From: Pseudomonas sp.
Lineage (GTDB): Bacteria; Pseudomonadota; Gammaproteobacteria; Pseudomonadales; Pseudomonadaceae
Direction of reading: 5' to 3'
Assembly: GCF_033723075.1 (NCBI RefSeq)
Contig: NZ_JAWVXU010000007.1
Span: 18,845 to 82,844 of the forward strand
DNA: 64,000 nucleotides
Part shown: piece by piece, positions 1 through 15,812 of the stretch
Layout of the letters: the number at the start of each line of letters is the position of its first letter
How positions within the stretch are numbered: the stretch's first letter is position 1
Program-made: the position numbers and the translations under genes
Notes under the pieces: model-generated
The model's input: only the letters and a program-made list of their open reading frames with translations
Told to the model about the DNA's origin: nothing
The model's database searches: none

Positions 1-260
1 GAACGTCGAAATCGCAACCAGCCTAGCTCTTAGATCACAAGCTATTGTTTTTTTTGAAAATAGCCATAATCAGGCGGCGCTTATCAACATCGCTTACTGG
101 ACTTTTCGTGGAGGCAGTTGGGGAGTCAATTTGTTCTGCGCCGAGGAAAGCACAGCGACGCGCCGAGAGGCATGTAAACGGCAGCGCCCTTTAAGGTGCC
201 GATGCGGCGGTGAGCAGCTGGAGGGGCAGGCGACCGGCTTACAGTGCGTTCACTCCAGGC

Positions 261-294
261 ATAAAAAAGCCCTCGGGACCGAGGGCTTTTTTAT
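261..294. terminator. Bidirectional intrinsic terminator downstream of tRNA-Ser
   Basis: Perfect inverted repeat ATAAAAAAGCCCTCGG-GA-CCGAGGGCTTTTTTAT with T-tracts on both strands. Confidence 0.9.
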
Positions 295-363
295 GACCAC
301 CAAACAAGCAGTTCGTGGCGTTTTGCTTTCGAGAGTAACGCTGTAAAGCGCTTGTCATGCATA

Positions 364-451
364 TGGCGGAAGCGTAGAGATTCGAACTCTAGGACAGTTT
401 CCCATCGGCGGTTTTCAAGACCGCTGCCTTAAACCACTCGGCCACGCTTCC
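364..451 (-). tRNA. tRNA-Ser(UGA)
   Basis: Minus strand GGAAGCG...CGCTTCC-GCCA acceptor stem with encoded CCA, anticodon arm GCGGT-CTTGAAA-ACCGC, long variable arm, GTTCGAAT T-loop; 88 nt. Confidence 0.97.
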
Positions 452-523
452 CAATTCTACGTAAACAGCCCAGAACCGTGGCTTCAACTACCCGGCTACA
501 CCTTGGCACGGCTGCGGGCGGCT

Positions 524-551
524 ATCTTACCGGAACGCAACACACTGTCAA
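524..551 (-). promoter_or_regulatory. sigma70 stable-RNA-type promoter of tRNA-Ser
   Basis: Minus strand TTGACA (551-546), 16-bp spacer, TAAGAT (529-524), GC-rich discriminator AGCCGCCCGC. Confidence 0.75.
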
Positions 552-641
552 ACTCTAGAGGTTGGCAGCATGCAACGCTCTGTTATGATCAGTGCAGCTC
601 TGATTACGGATCTATTTAGTCTTCATAGGAGTGTCGCCACC

Positions 642-1310
642 ATGCACGAACAAAATTACGCACTCAGTCACGCTCAGGTTGAGCAGCAAGAAGTCAGCCG
701 CGTACTGCGCAATACTTACGGCCTGCTGGCCATCACCCTGGCCTTCAGTGGATTGGTTGCCTTTATGGCGCAACGCGCCAATGTGCCTTACCCCAACTTT
801 TTCGTGGTGCTGATCGGCTTCTACGGCCTGTTCTTCCTCACCGCCAAACTGCGTGACTCCTCCTGGGGCCTGCTCTCCACCCTCGCCCTGACCGGCTTCA
901 TGGGCTACACGCTGGGGCCGATCCTCAATCGCTACCTGGGAATGGCCAACGGCGCCGAAGTGGTCAGTTCGGCCTTCACCATGACGGCTCTGGTTTTCTG
1001 TGGCCTGTCCGCCTACGTGCTGATTTCGCGCAAGGACATGAGTTTCCTCAGTGGTTTCATCACCGCGGGCTTCTTCGTCCTGATCGGCGCCATAGTGGCA
1101 AGCTTCTTCTTCCAGATCAGCGGCCTGCAACTGGCGATCAGCGCCGGCTTCGTGCTGTTTTCCTCAGCCTGCATCCTGTTCCAGACCAGCGCCATCATCC
1201 ACGGTGGCGAGCGCAACTACATCATGGCGACCATCAGCCTGTATGTCTCGATCTACAACCTGTTCATCAGCCTGTTGCAGATCATGGGCATCATGGGCAG
1301 CGACGACTGA
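642..1310 (+). CDS. yccA: Bax inhibitor-1/YccA family membrane protein
   Basis: VLRNTY..L N-terminal motif, about 7 TM helices, C-terminal LYVSIYNLFISLLQI; AGGAG RBS before ATG 642. Confidence 0.93.
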   Translation: MHEQNYALSHAQVEQQEVSRVLRNTYGLLAITLAFSGLVAFMAQRANVPYPNFFVVLIGFYGLFFLTAKLRDSSWGLLSTLALTGFMGYTLGPILNRYLGMANGAEVVSSAFTMTALVFCGLSAYVLISRKDMSFLSGFITAGFFVLIGAIVASFFFQISGLQLAISAGFVLFSSACILFQTSAIIHGGERNYIMATISLYVSIYNLFISLLQIMGIMGSDD

Positions 1311-1327
1311 TCATCGTGTTGCACCCG

Positions 1328-1350
1328 AAGCCCGCTTCAGCGGGCTTTTT
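1328..1350 (+). terminator. Intrinsic terminator after yccA
   Basis: AAGCCCGC-TTCA-GCGGGC-TTTTT. Confidence 0.85.
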
Positions 1351-1419
1351 CATGTCTGCGGCGAGCATCTTGCGCGCTCAGCCTTTATCATTGGGGCAGA
1401 TTTCCCTGCCGGCTTCTCT

Positions 1420-1812
1420 ATGAAATTCGCCATCGCCCTCTTCGCCCCACCGCATGCGCCCTCCTCCCGGCGCGCCCTGTGTTTCGCCCAGGCAGCCCTG
1501 GCCGGCGGCCATCAGATCGTACGTCTGTTCTTCTATCAGGATGCGGTGCACAACGCATCGAGCAATGTGGTCAGCGCCCAGGATGAGTTGGACACCCCTG
1601 CCGAATGGCGCGAACTGGTACGCCAGCAGCAGCTCGATGGCGTGGTCTGCATTGCCGCAGCGCTACGCCGTGGCATCCTCAATGCGCAGGAAGCGCAACG
1701 CTACGGGCGTAGCGCCGGCAATCTGGATGCTCCCTGGGAGCTATCCGGGCTGGGCCAGCTACATGAGGCGGCGCAAACGGCCGATCGGCTGATCTGCTTC
1801 GGAGGGCCTTGA
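1420..1812 (+). CDS. tusD: Sulfur relay protein TusD/DsrE
   Basis: MKFAIAL start, FFYQDAV and VCIAAALRRG motifs; first gene of tusDCBE. Confidence 0.93.
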   Translation: MKFAIALFAPPHAPSSRRALCFAQAALAGGHQIVRLFFYQDAVHNASSNVVSAQDELDTPAEWRELVRQQQLDGVVCIAAALRRGILNAQEAQRYGRSAGNLDAPWELSGLGQLHEAAQTADRLICFGGP

Positions 1813-1813
1813 A

Positions 1814-2173
1814 GTGAGTAAATCCTTGCTGATCATCAGCCGCCAGTCGCCCTGGTCCGGGCCCAGCGCCCGCGAAGCGTTGGATATTGCCCTGGCTGGC
1901 GGCGCGTTCGACCTGCCTATCGGCATGCTGTTTCTCGACGACGGCGTGTGCCAGTTGGCGCCAGCGCAACGGCCCGCCGCCCTGCAGCAGAAAGACCTCG
2001 CTGCCAACCTGCAGGCGTTGCCACTGTTCGGCGTCGAGTCGCTGTATGCCTCGGCCCGCAGCCTGCAGGAGCGCGGCCTGGATCCACAGGCGCTGACGCT
2101 GGCGACCGAGGTGCTGGATGATGCCGCCCTGATCGCGCTTATCGACCGTTACGACCAGGTGATCACCCTCTGA
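1814..2173 (+). CDS. tusC: Sulfur relay protein TusC/DsrF
   Basis: SPWSGPSAREALD, LFLDDGV motifs; operon position. Confidence 0.92.
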   Translation: MSKSLLIISRQSPWSGPSAREALDIALAGGAFDLPIGMLFLDDGVCQLAPAQRPAALQQKDLAANLQALPLFGVESLYASARSLQERGLDPQALTLATEVLDDAALIALIDRYDQVITL

Positions 2174-2472
2174 TGGCTACCTTGCATGTGTTATCCCATT
2201 CACCGTTCAGCGACAGTCGGTTGAGCAGCTGCCTGCGCCTGCTCGGCCCTGCCGACGGCCTGTTGCTCTGCGGCGATGCGGTATATGCCCTGCAACCCGG
2301 CACCGCGCAGCGCCAGGCCCTGGAGCTGATGCCGGACGCTATCGACCTGTTTGCCCTCGACGAAGACCTAGGCGCCCGCGCTCTCAACGCGCCGACGCGG
2401 GTCCAGGTGGTCGACTATCCGGGGTTCGTCGAACTCAGTTGCCGCTTCGACAAGGTCAACAGCTGGCTATGA
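2173..2472 (+). CDS. tusB: Sulfur relay protein TusB/DsrH
   Basis: LH.LSHSPF, LLLCGDAVYA, VDYPGFVEL motifs; stop/start overlap with tusC. Confidence 0.92.
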   Translation: MATLHVLSHSPFSDSRLSSCLRLLGPADGLLLCGDAVYALQPGTAQRQALELMPDAIDLFALDEDLGARALNAPTRVQVVDYPGFVELSCRFDKVNSWL

Positions 2473-2804
2473 CGCATTTGATCGTTGCCGGTCGGCGCAT
2501 CGAGCTGGACAAGGATGGCTATCTCCTCGCCCTAGCGGACTGGTCGGAACCGGTGGCCGAGGCCCTGGCGCAGCAGGAACAACTGGCCCTGACTGCCGAG
2601 CACTGGCAGATCCTGCGCTTGTTGCGGGCCTTCTACGCCGAGTTCCAGTTGTCGCCAGCCAACCGACCACTGATCAAATACGTGGCGCTCAAGCTAGGCC
2701 CGGAAAAAGGCAACAGCCTGTACCTCAATCTCCTGTTTAAAGGCGCTCCCGCCAAACTCGCCGCCAAACTGGCGGGCCTGCCCAAACCGACGAATTGCCT
2801 ATGA
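2469..2804 (+). CDS. tusE: Sulfur carrier TusE/DsrC
   Basis: LDKDGYL, HW.I.R.LR.FY, C-terminal AGLPKPTNCL. Confidence 0.94.
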   Translation: MTHLIVAGRRIELDKDGYLLALADWSEPVAEALAQQEQLALTAEHWQILRLLRAFYAEFQLSPANRPLIKYVALKLGPEKGNSLYLNLLFKGAPAKLAAKLAGLPKPTNCL

Positions 2805-3784
2805 ACCTTGTCACCCCAGCGGAACACCCTTTTGCCCAATTCGTGCGGATCCTCGGCAAAGGCAAGCGCGGCGCGCGCAACCTGACCCGAGAAGAAGCCC
2901 GCGAAGCCATGGGCATGTTGCTCGACGGCAAGGTCGAGGACACCCAGCTCGGCGCCTTCCTGATGCTGCTCAGGCACAAAGAGGAAAGCGCCGAGGAGAT
3001 GGCCGGCTTTGCCGAAGCAGTACGCGAGCGCCTGCAGGCACCGGCCATTGCGGTCGATCTGGACTGGCCCAGCTATGCCGGCAAGAAACGCCATTTGCCC
3101 TGGTTCCTCCTCGCCGCCAAGGCCCTGGCCAACAGCGGCGTGCGCATCCTCCTGCATGGCGGCGGCGCGCACACCGCCGGGCGGCTGTACAGCGAGCAGG
3201 TGATCGGGCTCCTGCAGATCCCTCTGTGCCATAGCTGGACCGAGGTGGAGCGCGCCTTGCAGCAGCAGCACCTGGCGTTTATCCCACTGGGCGACTGGAT
3301 GCCGCAACTGCAACGAATGATCGACCTGCGCAACATCCTTGGCTTGCGCTCGCCGATCCACTCACTGACCCGCATTCTCAACCCCTTGTCGGCGCGCTGC
3401 GGCTTGCAGAGCATCTTTCACCCCGGTTACCAGGCGGTGCACCGCGAAGCCAGCCAGCTGCTCGGCGACACCGCACTGGTGATCAAGGGCGAAGGTGGCG
3501 AGGTGGAAATCAATCCGGACGCCACCAGCCATCTCTATGGCACGGCCAACGGCGAGAACTGGGACGAAGACTGGCCGCCGCTGTCGGCCCAGCGCCACGT
3601 CAAGCCCGAGTCGCTGCAACCGGAGCACCTGCGGGCGTTCTGGCGCGGCGAAGTCGAGGACGCCTACGGCAGGCTTGCGGTATTGAGCAGCATGGCCGTG
3701 GCCCTGCGCGGCCTGGGCATCCCCCGTGAAGAGGCATTCGTGCAGGCGCAGCAGCGCTGGGATGCACGAAACATATCGGGCTAG
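2801..3784 (+). CDS. Glycosyltransferase family 3 / YbiB-like protein
   Basis: ILGKGKRGARNLTREEA, QLGAFL.LLR.KEE, DWPSYAGK, KGEGGE.E motifs (TrpD2/YbiB-like fold). Confidence 0.85.
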   Translation: MNLVTPAEHPFAQFVRILGKGKRGARNLTREEAREAMGMLLDGKVEDTQLGAFLMLLRHKEESAEEMAGFAEAVRERLQAPAIAVDLDWPSYAGKKRHLPWFLLAAKALANSGVRILLHGGGAHTAGRLYSEQVIGLLQIPLCHSWTEVERALQQQHLAFIPLGDWMPQLQRMIDLRNILGLRSPIHSLTRILNPLSARCGLQSIFHPGYQAVHREASQLLGDTALVIKGEGGEVEINPDATSHLYGTANGENWDEDWPPLSAQRHVKPESLQPEHLRAFWRGEVEDAYGRLAVLSSMAVALRGLGIPREEAFVQAQQRWDARNISG

Positions 3785-3874
3785 TCGATTTTTAGAGGCA
3801 GGTTTTTCTACCTTTCAATCGAACCACCACCGTTAGACTGAACGCCTGAGCCGTAAAGTCAAAGGAGTCGGGTA

Positions 3875-4873
3875 ATGGGTTTGTTGATTGAAGGAAGCTG
3901 GCATGACCAGTGGTACGACACTGCAGCTGACGGCCGTTTCAAACGCGAGGATGCCCAGCGACGCAACTGGATCACCGCCGACGGCAGCCCTGGGCCAAGC
4001 GGCGAAGGTGGCTTCAAGGCGCAGGCTGGTCGCTATCACCTGTATGTTTCCCTCGCCTGCCCCTGGGCCCATCGCACCCTGATCCTGCGTCAGCTCAAGG
4101 GCTTGCAGGATCTGGTCGATGTATCGGTGGTCAGCTGGCTGATGCTCGACGATGGCTGGACCTTTGACCCGGCCCATGGCTCCACGGGTGATGCGCTGGA
4201 CGGCCTGGAATTCCTGCATCAGCGCTACACCGCCGATGATGCCAACTACAGTGGCCGGGTGACCGTGCCGTTGTTGTGGGACAGACAGCGGCAGTGCATC
4301 GTCAGCAATGAGTCAGCGGAAATCATCCGCATGTTCAACTCGGCGTTCGACGGGCTGACGGGCAATTCCCTGGATTTCTATCCCGCAGCGCTGCGCGGCG
4401 AGATCGACGCACTCAATCGGCGCATCTATCCGGCGGTCAACAATGGTGTGTACCGCGCCGGTTTCGCCACCGCCCAGGACGCCTACGAGGAAGCCTTCGG
4501 CGAGCTGTTCGCCGAACTGGATTGGCTGGATGCGCGTCTCGGCGAGCACCGCTACCTGGCTGACGAATACCTCAGTGAAGCCGATTGGCGCCTGTTCACC
4601 ACCCTGGTTCGCTTCGATGCAGTGTACTACGGGCACTTCAAGTGCAACCTGCGGCGTATCGAGGACTACCCGAACCTGTCCAACTGGTTGCGCGAGCTGT
4701 ACCAGTGGCCCGGTGTGGCGGCGACGGTGGATTTCGACCACATCAAGGGCCATTACTACGCAAGCCATCGCACCATCAACCCGACCGGCATAGTGCCCAA
4801 GGGCCCCGCGCTGGACTTGTCCCGCGGCCATGACCGCGCGCGCTTGCCGGGCAAGGGCGTCTTGGCAAGGTAG
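3875..4873 (+). CDS. yqjG: Glutathionyl-hydroquinone reductase (omega/xi-class GST)
   Basis: GRYHLYVSLACPWAHRTLI, RVTVP.LWD, VSNESAEI, NNGVYRAGFA motifs. Confidence 0.93.
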   Translation: MGLLIEGSWHDQWYDTAADGRFKREDAQRRNWITADGSPGPSGEGGFKAQAGRYHLYVSLACPWAHRTLILRQLKGLQDLVDVSVVSWLMLDDGWTFDPAHGSTGDALDGLEFLHQRYTADDANYSGRVTVPLLWDRQRQCIVSNESAEIIRMFNSAFDGLTGNSLDFYPAALRGEIDALNRRIYPAVNNGVYRAGFATAQDAYEEAFGELFAELDWLDARLGEHRYLADEYLSEADWRLFTTLVRFDAVYYGHFKCNLRRIEDYPNLSNWLRELYQWPGVAATVDFDHIKGHYYASHRTINPTGIVPKGPALDLSRGHDRARLPGKGVLAR

Positions 4874-4880
4874 GAGCGGT

Positions 4881-6275
4881 TCAGACTTCTGCCTGCGCGC
4901 CCTCGAACCAGGCGAGTTTTTCGCGCAGCTGCACCACTTCGCCGACGATGACCAGGGTCGGGGCATGGACTTCGTGGTGGGCGACCAATTCCGGCAGGTT
5001 CGCCAGAGTGCCGGTGAACACCCGCTGGTTATGCGTGGTGCCCTGCTGGATCAGCGCCGCGGGGGTGCCGGCGGCACGGCCATGGGCGATCAATTGCTGG
5101 CAAATCAGCGGCAAGCCGACCAGGCCCATGTAGAACACCAGGGTCTGGCTGGGCGCTGCCAGTTCCGCCCAAGGCAGGTCGCAGCTGCCGTCCTTGAGGT
5201 GGCCCGTGACGAAGCGTACCGACTGCGCATGATCGCGGTGGGTCAGCGGAATCCCGGCATAAGCCGCGCAGCCACTGGCCGCGGTGATGCCGGGCACCAC
5301 CTGGAAGGGAATGCCGTGGGCCGCCAGCTGTTCGATCTCCTCGCCGCCACGGCCGAAGATAAACGGATCGCCGCCTTTCAGGCGCAACACCCGCTTGCCC
5401 TCTTTGGCCAGGCTGACCAGACGCTGATTGATCTGATCCTGCGGTACGGCATGGGCCGCGCGCTGCTTGCCGACGTAGATGCGCTCGGCATCGCGACGGC
5501 ACAGTTCGATGATCGCCGGAGCGACCAGGCGATCATAAAGCACCACATCGGCTTGCTGCATCAGGCGCAGGGCGCGAAACGTCAGCAGGTCCGGGTCGCC
5601 CGGGCCAGCGCCGACCAGGTACACCTCACCTAGGGCGCGCGGTGCGGCACCGGCGATTTTTGCCTCGAGCAGGCGCTCGCCTTCGTGCAATTTGCCGGCG
5701 AACACGCTCTCGGCGATCTGCCCTTGAAATACGTCCTCCCAGAACACCCGGCGTTGCTGCACATCGGGAAACAGGCCTTTGACTTGCGCGCGGAATTTCT
5801 TCGCCAAGCTGGCCAGTTGGCCGTAGGTCGCCGGAATCCAGGTCTCGATCTTGGCCCGAATCAGGCGTGCCAGCACCGGCGCATCGCCACCGCTGGTGAC
5901 GGCGACGATCAGTGGCGAGCGGTCGACGATGGCCGGGAAGATCACGCTGCACAGCTTGGGTGCGTCGACAACATTGACCGGAATGCCCAATGCCTGGGCC
6001 TGGGTGGATATCCGCGCATTCAGGGACTCATCGTCGGTGGCGGCGATGATCAACACCACGCCACCCAGGTCACCGGTTTGATAGTCACGCAGCAGCACCT
6101 CGCCGCCTCTCTGGCCGACCAGTTCGCGCAGTTCGTCGCGCACCCCGGGCGCCACGACCCGCAACCTGGCGCCGGCATCGGCCAGCAAACGCGCCTTGCG
6201 CAGGGCCACTTCACCGCCACCGACCACCAGCACCAGGCGATCCTGCAATTTGTGGAACAGAGGGAGAAAGTCCAT
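4881..6275 (-). CDS. cysG: Siroheme synthase
   Basis: MDFLPLF start, [39 protein letters not shown]; an alternative start at 6281 is possible. Confidence 0.96.
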   Translation of the reverse strand: MDFLPLFHKLQDRLVLVVGGGEVALRKARLLADAGARLRVVAPGVRDELRELVGQRGGEVLLRDYQTGDLGGVVLIIAATDDESLNARISTQAQALGIPVNVVDAPKLCSVIFPAIVDRSPLIVAVTSGGDAPVLARLIRAKIETWIPATYGQLASLAKKFRAQVKGLFPDVQQRRVFWEDVFQGQIAESVFAGKLHEGERLLEAKIAGAAPRALGEVYLVGAGPGDPDLLTFRALRLMQQADVVLYDRLVAPAIIELCRRDAERIYVGKQRAAHAVPQDQINQRLVSLAKEGKRVLRLKGGDPFIFGRGGEEIEQLAAHGIPFQVVPGITAASGCAAYAGIPLTHRDHAQSVRFVTGHLKDGSCDLPWAELAAPSQTLVFYMGLVGLPLICQQLIAHGRAAGTPAALIQQGTTHNQRVFTGTLANLPELVAHHEVHAPTLVIVGEVVQLREKLAWFEGAQAEV

Positions 6276-6324
6276 GAGCATGATCCAAACAAGTAGCTGT
6301 GGCGCGGCACGAGGAACCTGCCCC

Positions 6325-6383
6325 GTAGGGAGGGCTTCAGCCCACCGGGGTTGCTGGCAGCGGCGACTTGAAAGCCACCCTAC
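6325..6383. repeat. Degenerate GTAG-type REP doublet between serS and cysG
   Basis: GTAGGGAGGGCTTCAGCCCACC ... GGCGACTTGAAAGCCACCCTAC in inverted orientation. Confidence 0.7.
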
Positions 6384-6401
6384 CAGGTACGTCCTCGCGA
6401 T

Positions 6402-8069
<1,668 letters not shown>

Positions 8070-8073
<4 letters not shown>

Positions 8074-9395
8074 GGTTTTCTCCGTTTGCGCGGACTTGCC
8101 GCATCCTGGCTGGCCAGATGGGCCAGTTTGTCGCGAATTTTCTGCTCGAGACCGCGTGGTACGGGTTGATAGTACTGACGCGCCGGCAGTAGCTCGGGAA
8201 AGTAATCTTCACCGGCGGCGTAGGCATCCGGCTCGTCATGGGCATAACGGTATTCATCGCCGTAGCCGAGTTCTTTCATCAGCTTGGTCGGCGCGTTGCG
8301 CAGGTGCAGCGGGACTTCCAGGGAGCCATGCTCGGCGGCATCGCGCATCGCCGCCTTGAACGCGTTATACACCGCGTTGCTTTTCGGCGCGCAGGCCAGG
8401 TAAACGATGGCCTGGGCCACGGCCAGTTCGCCTTCGGGGCTGCCCAGGCGCTCTTGCACGTCCCAGGCATTGAGGCACAGCGTCAGAGCGCGCGGGTCGG
8501 CGTTGCCGATGTCTTCGCTGGCCATGCGCACGACCCGGCGGGCGATGTACAGGGGGTCGCAGCCACCATCGAGCATGCGCGCGAACCAATAGAGTGCCCC
8601 ATCCGGACTGGAACCGCGCACCGACTTGTGCAGCGCGGAAATCTGGTCATAAAAGGCTTCACCGCCCTTGTCGAAGCGCCTGCCGCTGTCGCCGAGCAGG
8701 TCCAGCAACAGTTCGCTACTGATGGCGCCGCCGTCCTCGGCCAGATCCGCGGCGTTCTCCAGAAAATTCAGCAAGCGCCGGCCATCGCCATCGGCGGCGG
8801 CCAGGAGAATCTTGAAGCTTGCCTCCGGCAGGCTGAGCTGTCGTTCGCCGAGCCCTTTGGGATCAGCCAGGGCACGGGTCGCCAGCTTGTGCAGCGCCTC
8901 CTCATCGAGGCTTTTCAGGACATAGACGCGGGCTCGCGAAAGCAGCGCGTTATTCAGTTCGAACGAGGGGTTTTCGGTGGTGGCACCGATGAAGATCAGG
9001 GTGCCGTCTTCCACATAGGGCAGAAAGGCATCCTGCTGCGACTTGTTGAACCGGTGCACTTCGTCGACGAACAGGATGGTCCGACGGCCGTACTGGGCGG
9101 CGTGCTGTTGCGCGACCTCGACTGCCTGGCGGATCTCCTTCACGCCGGAGAGCACCGCGGAAATCGTCTCGAAGTGGGCATCGGTGACCTGGGCCAGCAA
9201 GCGCGCCAGGGTGGTCTTGCCCACGCCCGGCGGCCCCCAGAAGATCATCGAGTGCAGTGCGCCCTGCTCCAGCGCCTCGCGCAACGGCTTGCCGCGTGCC
9301 AGCAGATGCTCCTGACCGACGTACTCGTCCAGGCTGGCGGCACGCAGGCGCGCAGCCAGGGGCTGGGCGATGGGAGCATTACGGAACAGATCCAT
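8070..9395 (-). CDS. rarA: Replication-associated recombination ATPase RarA/MgsA
   Basis: [15 protein letters not shown] Walker [29 protein letters not shown]. Confidence 0.96.
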
Positions 9396-9414
9396 GGCGG
9401 CGGGCTACGACCTC

Positions 9415-10041
9415 TTACTCTTGAATGACATCCGCGCCTTCGGGAATCTCGAAGCTGAACAGGCTGTCGTCCACCGCTTCATTCATCTCCACGCCGAGGA
9501 ACAGGATGTTGGTGCGCTGGCCGATGCTGTCGATCAGTTGCATGTCATTCAACACGCCACTGCGAAACGACAATCGCAGGCTGTCGAACAAGGTGTCCTT
9601 GGATTTCGGCTTGAGCATGAAGTCGACCACGTTGCCGCCTTCCTGATGACTGATCGCGAAGTTCTCCTGAATCTCGGAGACATCGCCGGACAGCAGCAGT
9701 GCCGGGGTATGGGTCAGGCGCTTGTCGAGGGTCTGAATGGTGACCTGCTCCAGATCCGGGTCATACAACCAGACCTTCTCGCCGTTGGACACCAGCAACT
9801 GCTCCATAGGGGCGTCGGTATGCCAGCGAAACAGTCCCGGCCGTTTCAGCACAAGCTGACCTGCGGTTTCCTGCAACTGCGCGCCACTGCCATCCAGGGT
9901 CAGCTGCGAGAAGCGCGCGCTGATGGTTTGCGCCTGGCTGAGCAATGCGGTCAGGCGTTGTGCCGACGCATCCTCGTCCGCCAGAGTGGAAACGCTGGAA
10001 AAGCTTAAAGCTGCCAGCAACAGCATTCGAATCAGGCCCAT
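9415..10041 (-). CDS. lolA: Outer-membrane lipoprotein chaperone LolA
   Basis: Signal peptide, [35 protein letters not shown]; ftsK-lolA-rarA synteny. Confidence 0.95.
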   Translation of the reverse strand: MGLIRMLLLAALSFSSVSTLADEDASAQRLTALLSQAQTISARFSQLTLDGSGAQLQETAGQLVLKRPGLFRWHTDAPMEQLLVSNGEKVWLYDPDLEQVTIQTLDKRLTHTPALLLSGDVSEIQENFAISHQEGGNVVDFMLKPKSKDTLFDSLRLSFRSGVLNDMQLIDSIGQRTNILFLGVEMNEAVDDSLFSFEIPEGADVIQE

Positions 10042-10071
10042 GGAACTCCTTATCACATTGATTTCTTGGCG

Positions 10072-12474
<2,403 letters not shown>

Positions 12475-12710
12475 AACACATCTATTCCTGCGCCAGCGGC
12501 GCGCCGAATAATCGGTTAACGGCAAAATTTTTGCCTATTGTACGGATTTACCCGGTTGCTGCCACGCTAGGCAACAGGTGGCAACCGGCCTGAACGGAGG
12601 TCTCTGCCACCGGCTCCCGCTCGCCCCCTGCTTCGGTGTAGCATAGCCAGCAACATATTACGTGCAGCTCAATTTGAGCACGCATTCTCTTTTGTGACAA
12701 AGGCTTATGA

Positions 12711-13670
<960 letters not shown>

Positions 13671-13740
13671 TCGCCCCCTGGGCGGGCGCTACAGCCCGCC
13701 AGGCGGCCAAACCCACCCTCGCCTCTCGCGGTTTCGTCGT

Positions 13741-14421
13741 ATGCTGACTTGGTTGCAACGCGACTCACTGAGTTTCCCGCCGCTCGCCAAAGCTCTGCAT
13801 GAACCCAATGGCTTGCTTGCGGCCGGCGGCGACTTGAGTGCCGAGCGTTTGATCGCGGCTTATCGCCACGGCTGCTTCCCCTGGTTCCAGGACGATCAGC
13901 CGATTCTCTGGTGGTCGCCGGATCCGCGCACAGTGCTCCTCCCGGAAGAGCTGCATGTCTCGCGCAGCCTGGCCAAGGTGCTGCGCCAGGCACGCTACCA
14001 GGTGACCTTCGACCGAGACTTTGCCAAGGTAATCCAGGCCTGCGCCGAGCCACGCGACTATGCCGGGGGCACCTGGATAACTACCCCAATGCAGCACGCC
14101 TACCTTGAACTGCATCGGCGCGGCATTGCCCATTCGGTCGAAGTCTGGCGCAACGATGAACTGGTCGGCGGGCTATACGGACTGGCAATGGGCCGATTAT
14201 TTTTCGGCGAATCCATGTTCAGTCGCGCCGATAACGCCTCGAAGGTCGGCTTTGTCACCCTGGTCGAACAACTAAAGGCCTGGGGCTTCGCACTCATCGA
14301 CTGCCAGATGCCCACGCAACACCTGCACCGCTTTGGCGCCAAGCAAATTGCCAGGGCAGATTTCGCCGACTACCTGAAGCAGCACATCGACCAGCCCGAC
14401 AAGGCACCGTGGATCGCCTAG
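13741..14421 (+). CDS. aat: Leucyl/phenylalanyl-tRNA--protein transferase
   Basis: [34 protein letters not shown]. Confidence 0.95.
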   Translation: MLTWLQRDSLSFPPLAKALHEPNGLLAAGGDLSAERLIAAYRHGCFPWFQDDQPILWWSPDPRTVLLPEELHVSRSLAKVLRQARYQVTFDRDFAKVIQACAEPRDYAGGTWITTPMQHAYLELHRRGIAHSVEVWRNDELVGGLYGLAMGRLFFGESMFSRADNASKVGFVTLVEQLKAWGFALIDCQMPTQHLHRFGAKQIARADFADYLKQHIDQPDKAPWIA

Positions 14422-14476
14422 GCGAGTACCTCAGGGTGGCTTACACTTGTTCAAGGCATTACCTCGAGAGTCGATC

Positions 14477-15184
14477 ATGACCGAGCTGGCCCGCCTGAAG
14501 TTTTACGCCACCCAGCCTCATCCGTGCAGCTATCTGCCCGAAGAGCAGGCCACCACCCTGTTCCTCGACCCCAGCCAGCCAATGGATGTGGATGTCTATG
14601 CCGAACTTTCGGAAATGGGCTTTCGCCGCAGCGGTGATCATCTTTACCGACCCCACTGCCAACGCTGCTCGGCCTGTGTGCCCGCACGCATTCCCACTGC
14701 CCAGTTTCGCCCCAATCGCCAACAGCGGCGTATTTTCAAACGCAACCTCGACATCCAGGTCTTTGCGGTACGCCCGGCGTTCACCGAGGAGTACTACGAC
14801 CTCTATGTTCGCTATATCGAGCAGCGCCATGCCGATGGCGACATGTATCCACCGAACCGCGAGCAGTTCTCCACCTTTCTGGTACGCGACCTGCCGTTTT
14901 CCCGTTTCTACGAGTTCCGCCAGCACGGCCGGCTGCTGGCTATCGCGGTCACCGACGTGCTGCCCAACGGCCTTTCCGCGGTTTACACCTTTTACGAACC
15001 TAGCGAAGAGCGTCGCAGCCTCGGGCGCTTCGCCATTCTTTGGCAAATCAGGGAGTCGTCGCGCCTTGGGCTGCACGCCCTGTACCTCGGTTACTGGATC
15101 AAAAACTGCCGAAAAATGAATTACAAGACGCAATATCGCCCAATCGAGCTGTTCGTTAATCAGCGCTGGATCACTCTCACCTGA
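14477..15184 (+). CDS. bpt: Aspartate/glutamate leucyltransferase (arginyltransferase-like)
   Basis: [42 protein letters not shown]. Confidence 0.92.
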   Translation: MTELARLKFYATQPHPCSYLPEEQATTLFLDPSQPMDVDVYAELSEMGFRRSGDHLYRPHCQRCSACVPARIPTAQFRPNRQQRRIFKRNLDIQVFAVRPAFTEEYYDLYVRYIEQRHADGDMYPPNREQFSTFLVRDLPFSRFYEFRQHGRLLAIAVTDVLPNGLSAVYTFYEPSEERRSLGRFAILWQIRESSRLGLHALYLGYWIKNCRKMNYKTQYRPIELFVNQRWITLT

Positions 15185-15291
15185 AGTCACTTGGCGTACA
15201 CCCTCCTTTTCGGGCACAATGCACGCCGCTTTTGCCTGGAGCCAGTTGCACCTGGCCATGGTCATACTTTGGATACCGAGGGCTTTACTGA

Positions 15292-15510
15292 ATGTCGAAA
15301 GAAGACAGCTTCGAAATGGAAGGCACTGTCGTCGACACCCTGCCCAACACCATGTTCCGTGTGGAGTTGGAAAACGGGCACGTCGTTACCGCGCACATCT
15401 CCGGAAAGATGCGCAAAAACTATATCCGCATTCTGACTGGCGACAAGGTTCGCGTAGAACTAACGCCTTATGACCTGAGCAAAGGTCGTATCACCTACCG
15501 CGCCCGCTAA
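15292..15510 (+). CDS. infA: Translation initiation factor IF-1
   Basis: Canonical 72-aa IF-1: [14 protein letters not shown]...[11 protein letters not shown]. Confidence 0.99.
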
Positions 15511-15733
15511 CAGGTTTTTGAAAACCGCTGCATTTGGTCATAGGCATGAGGGCAGGTTAAATGGCGCAGCCTCAACGCGCCTAGCCTGGCGCCAGGAGCC
15601 TGCCGGACTTGAGACTGCCTACAGCTAAAGTCCGACAGCCTCCTGGGTGAAGCGAGTAAAGCAGTTTGTTTTTTCGCTGACTGCACCAGCTGCGGCTCAA
15701 CCTGACCTCCCGGCACGCGGTTTTCAAGTACTG
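15511..15733. repeat. Nested fold-back (MITE-like or structured RNA) element
   Basis: TTGAAAACCGC (15518-15528) / GCGGTTTTCAA (15717-15727) exact inverted repeat enclosing further nested complementary arms. Confidence 0.6.
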
Positions 15734-15743
15734 ATAAAATCAG

Positions 15744-15788
15744 GCGCCCACAAAAACGCCCGGCATTGCCGGGCGTTTTTGTGGGCGC
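15744..15788. terminator. Bidirectional terminator between infA and clpA
   Basis: GCGCCCACAAAAACGCCCGGCA-T-TGCCGGGCGTTTTTGTGGGCGC, 22-bp perfect arms. Confidence 0.9.
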
Positions 15789-15812
15789 TATTTAGCTAAA
15801 GCGAGAGCGACT

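Noticed and set aside
131-346. 71-aa ORF near tRNA-Ser
   Set aside because: TTG start, runs through a perfect terminator, no recognisable motif
408-419. 12-nt identity (GCGGTTTTCAAG) between the tRNA-Ser anticodon arm and the end of the 15.5-kb fold-back element
   Set aside because: Some 12-nt match is expected by chance within 64 kb; no further tRNA homology
1204-1419. N-terminal extensions in the ORF track (tusD, serS, aat, bpt, aceA, pedA1, rhodanese, narI, pqqF)
   Set aside because: Downstream starts have better RBS and match known family N-termini; the extensions overlap other features
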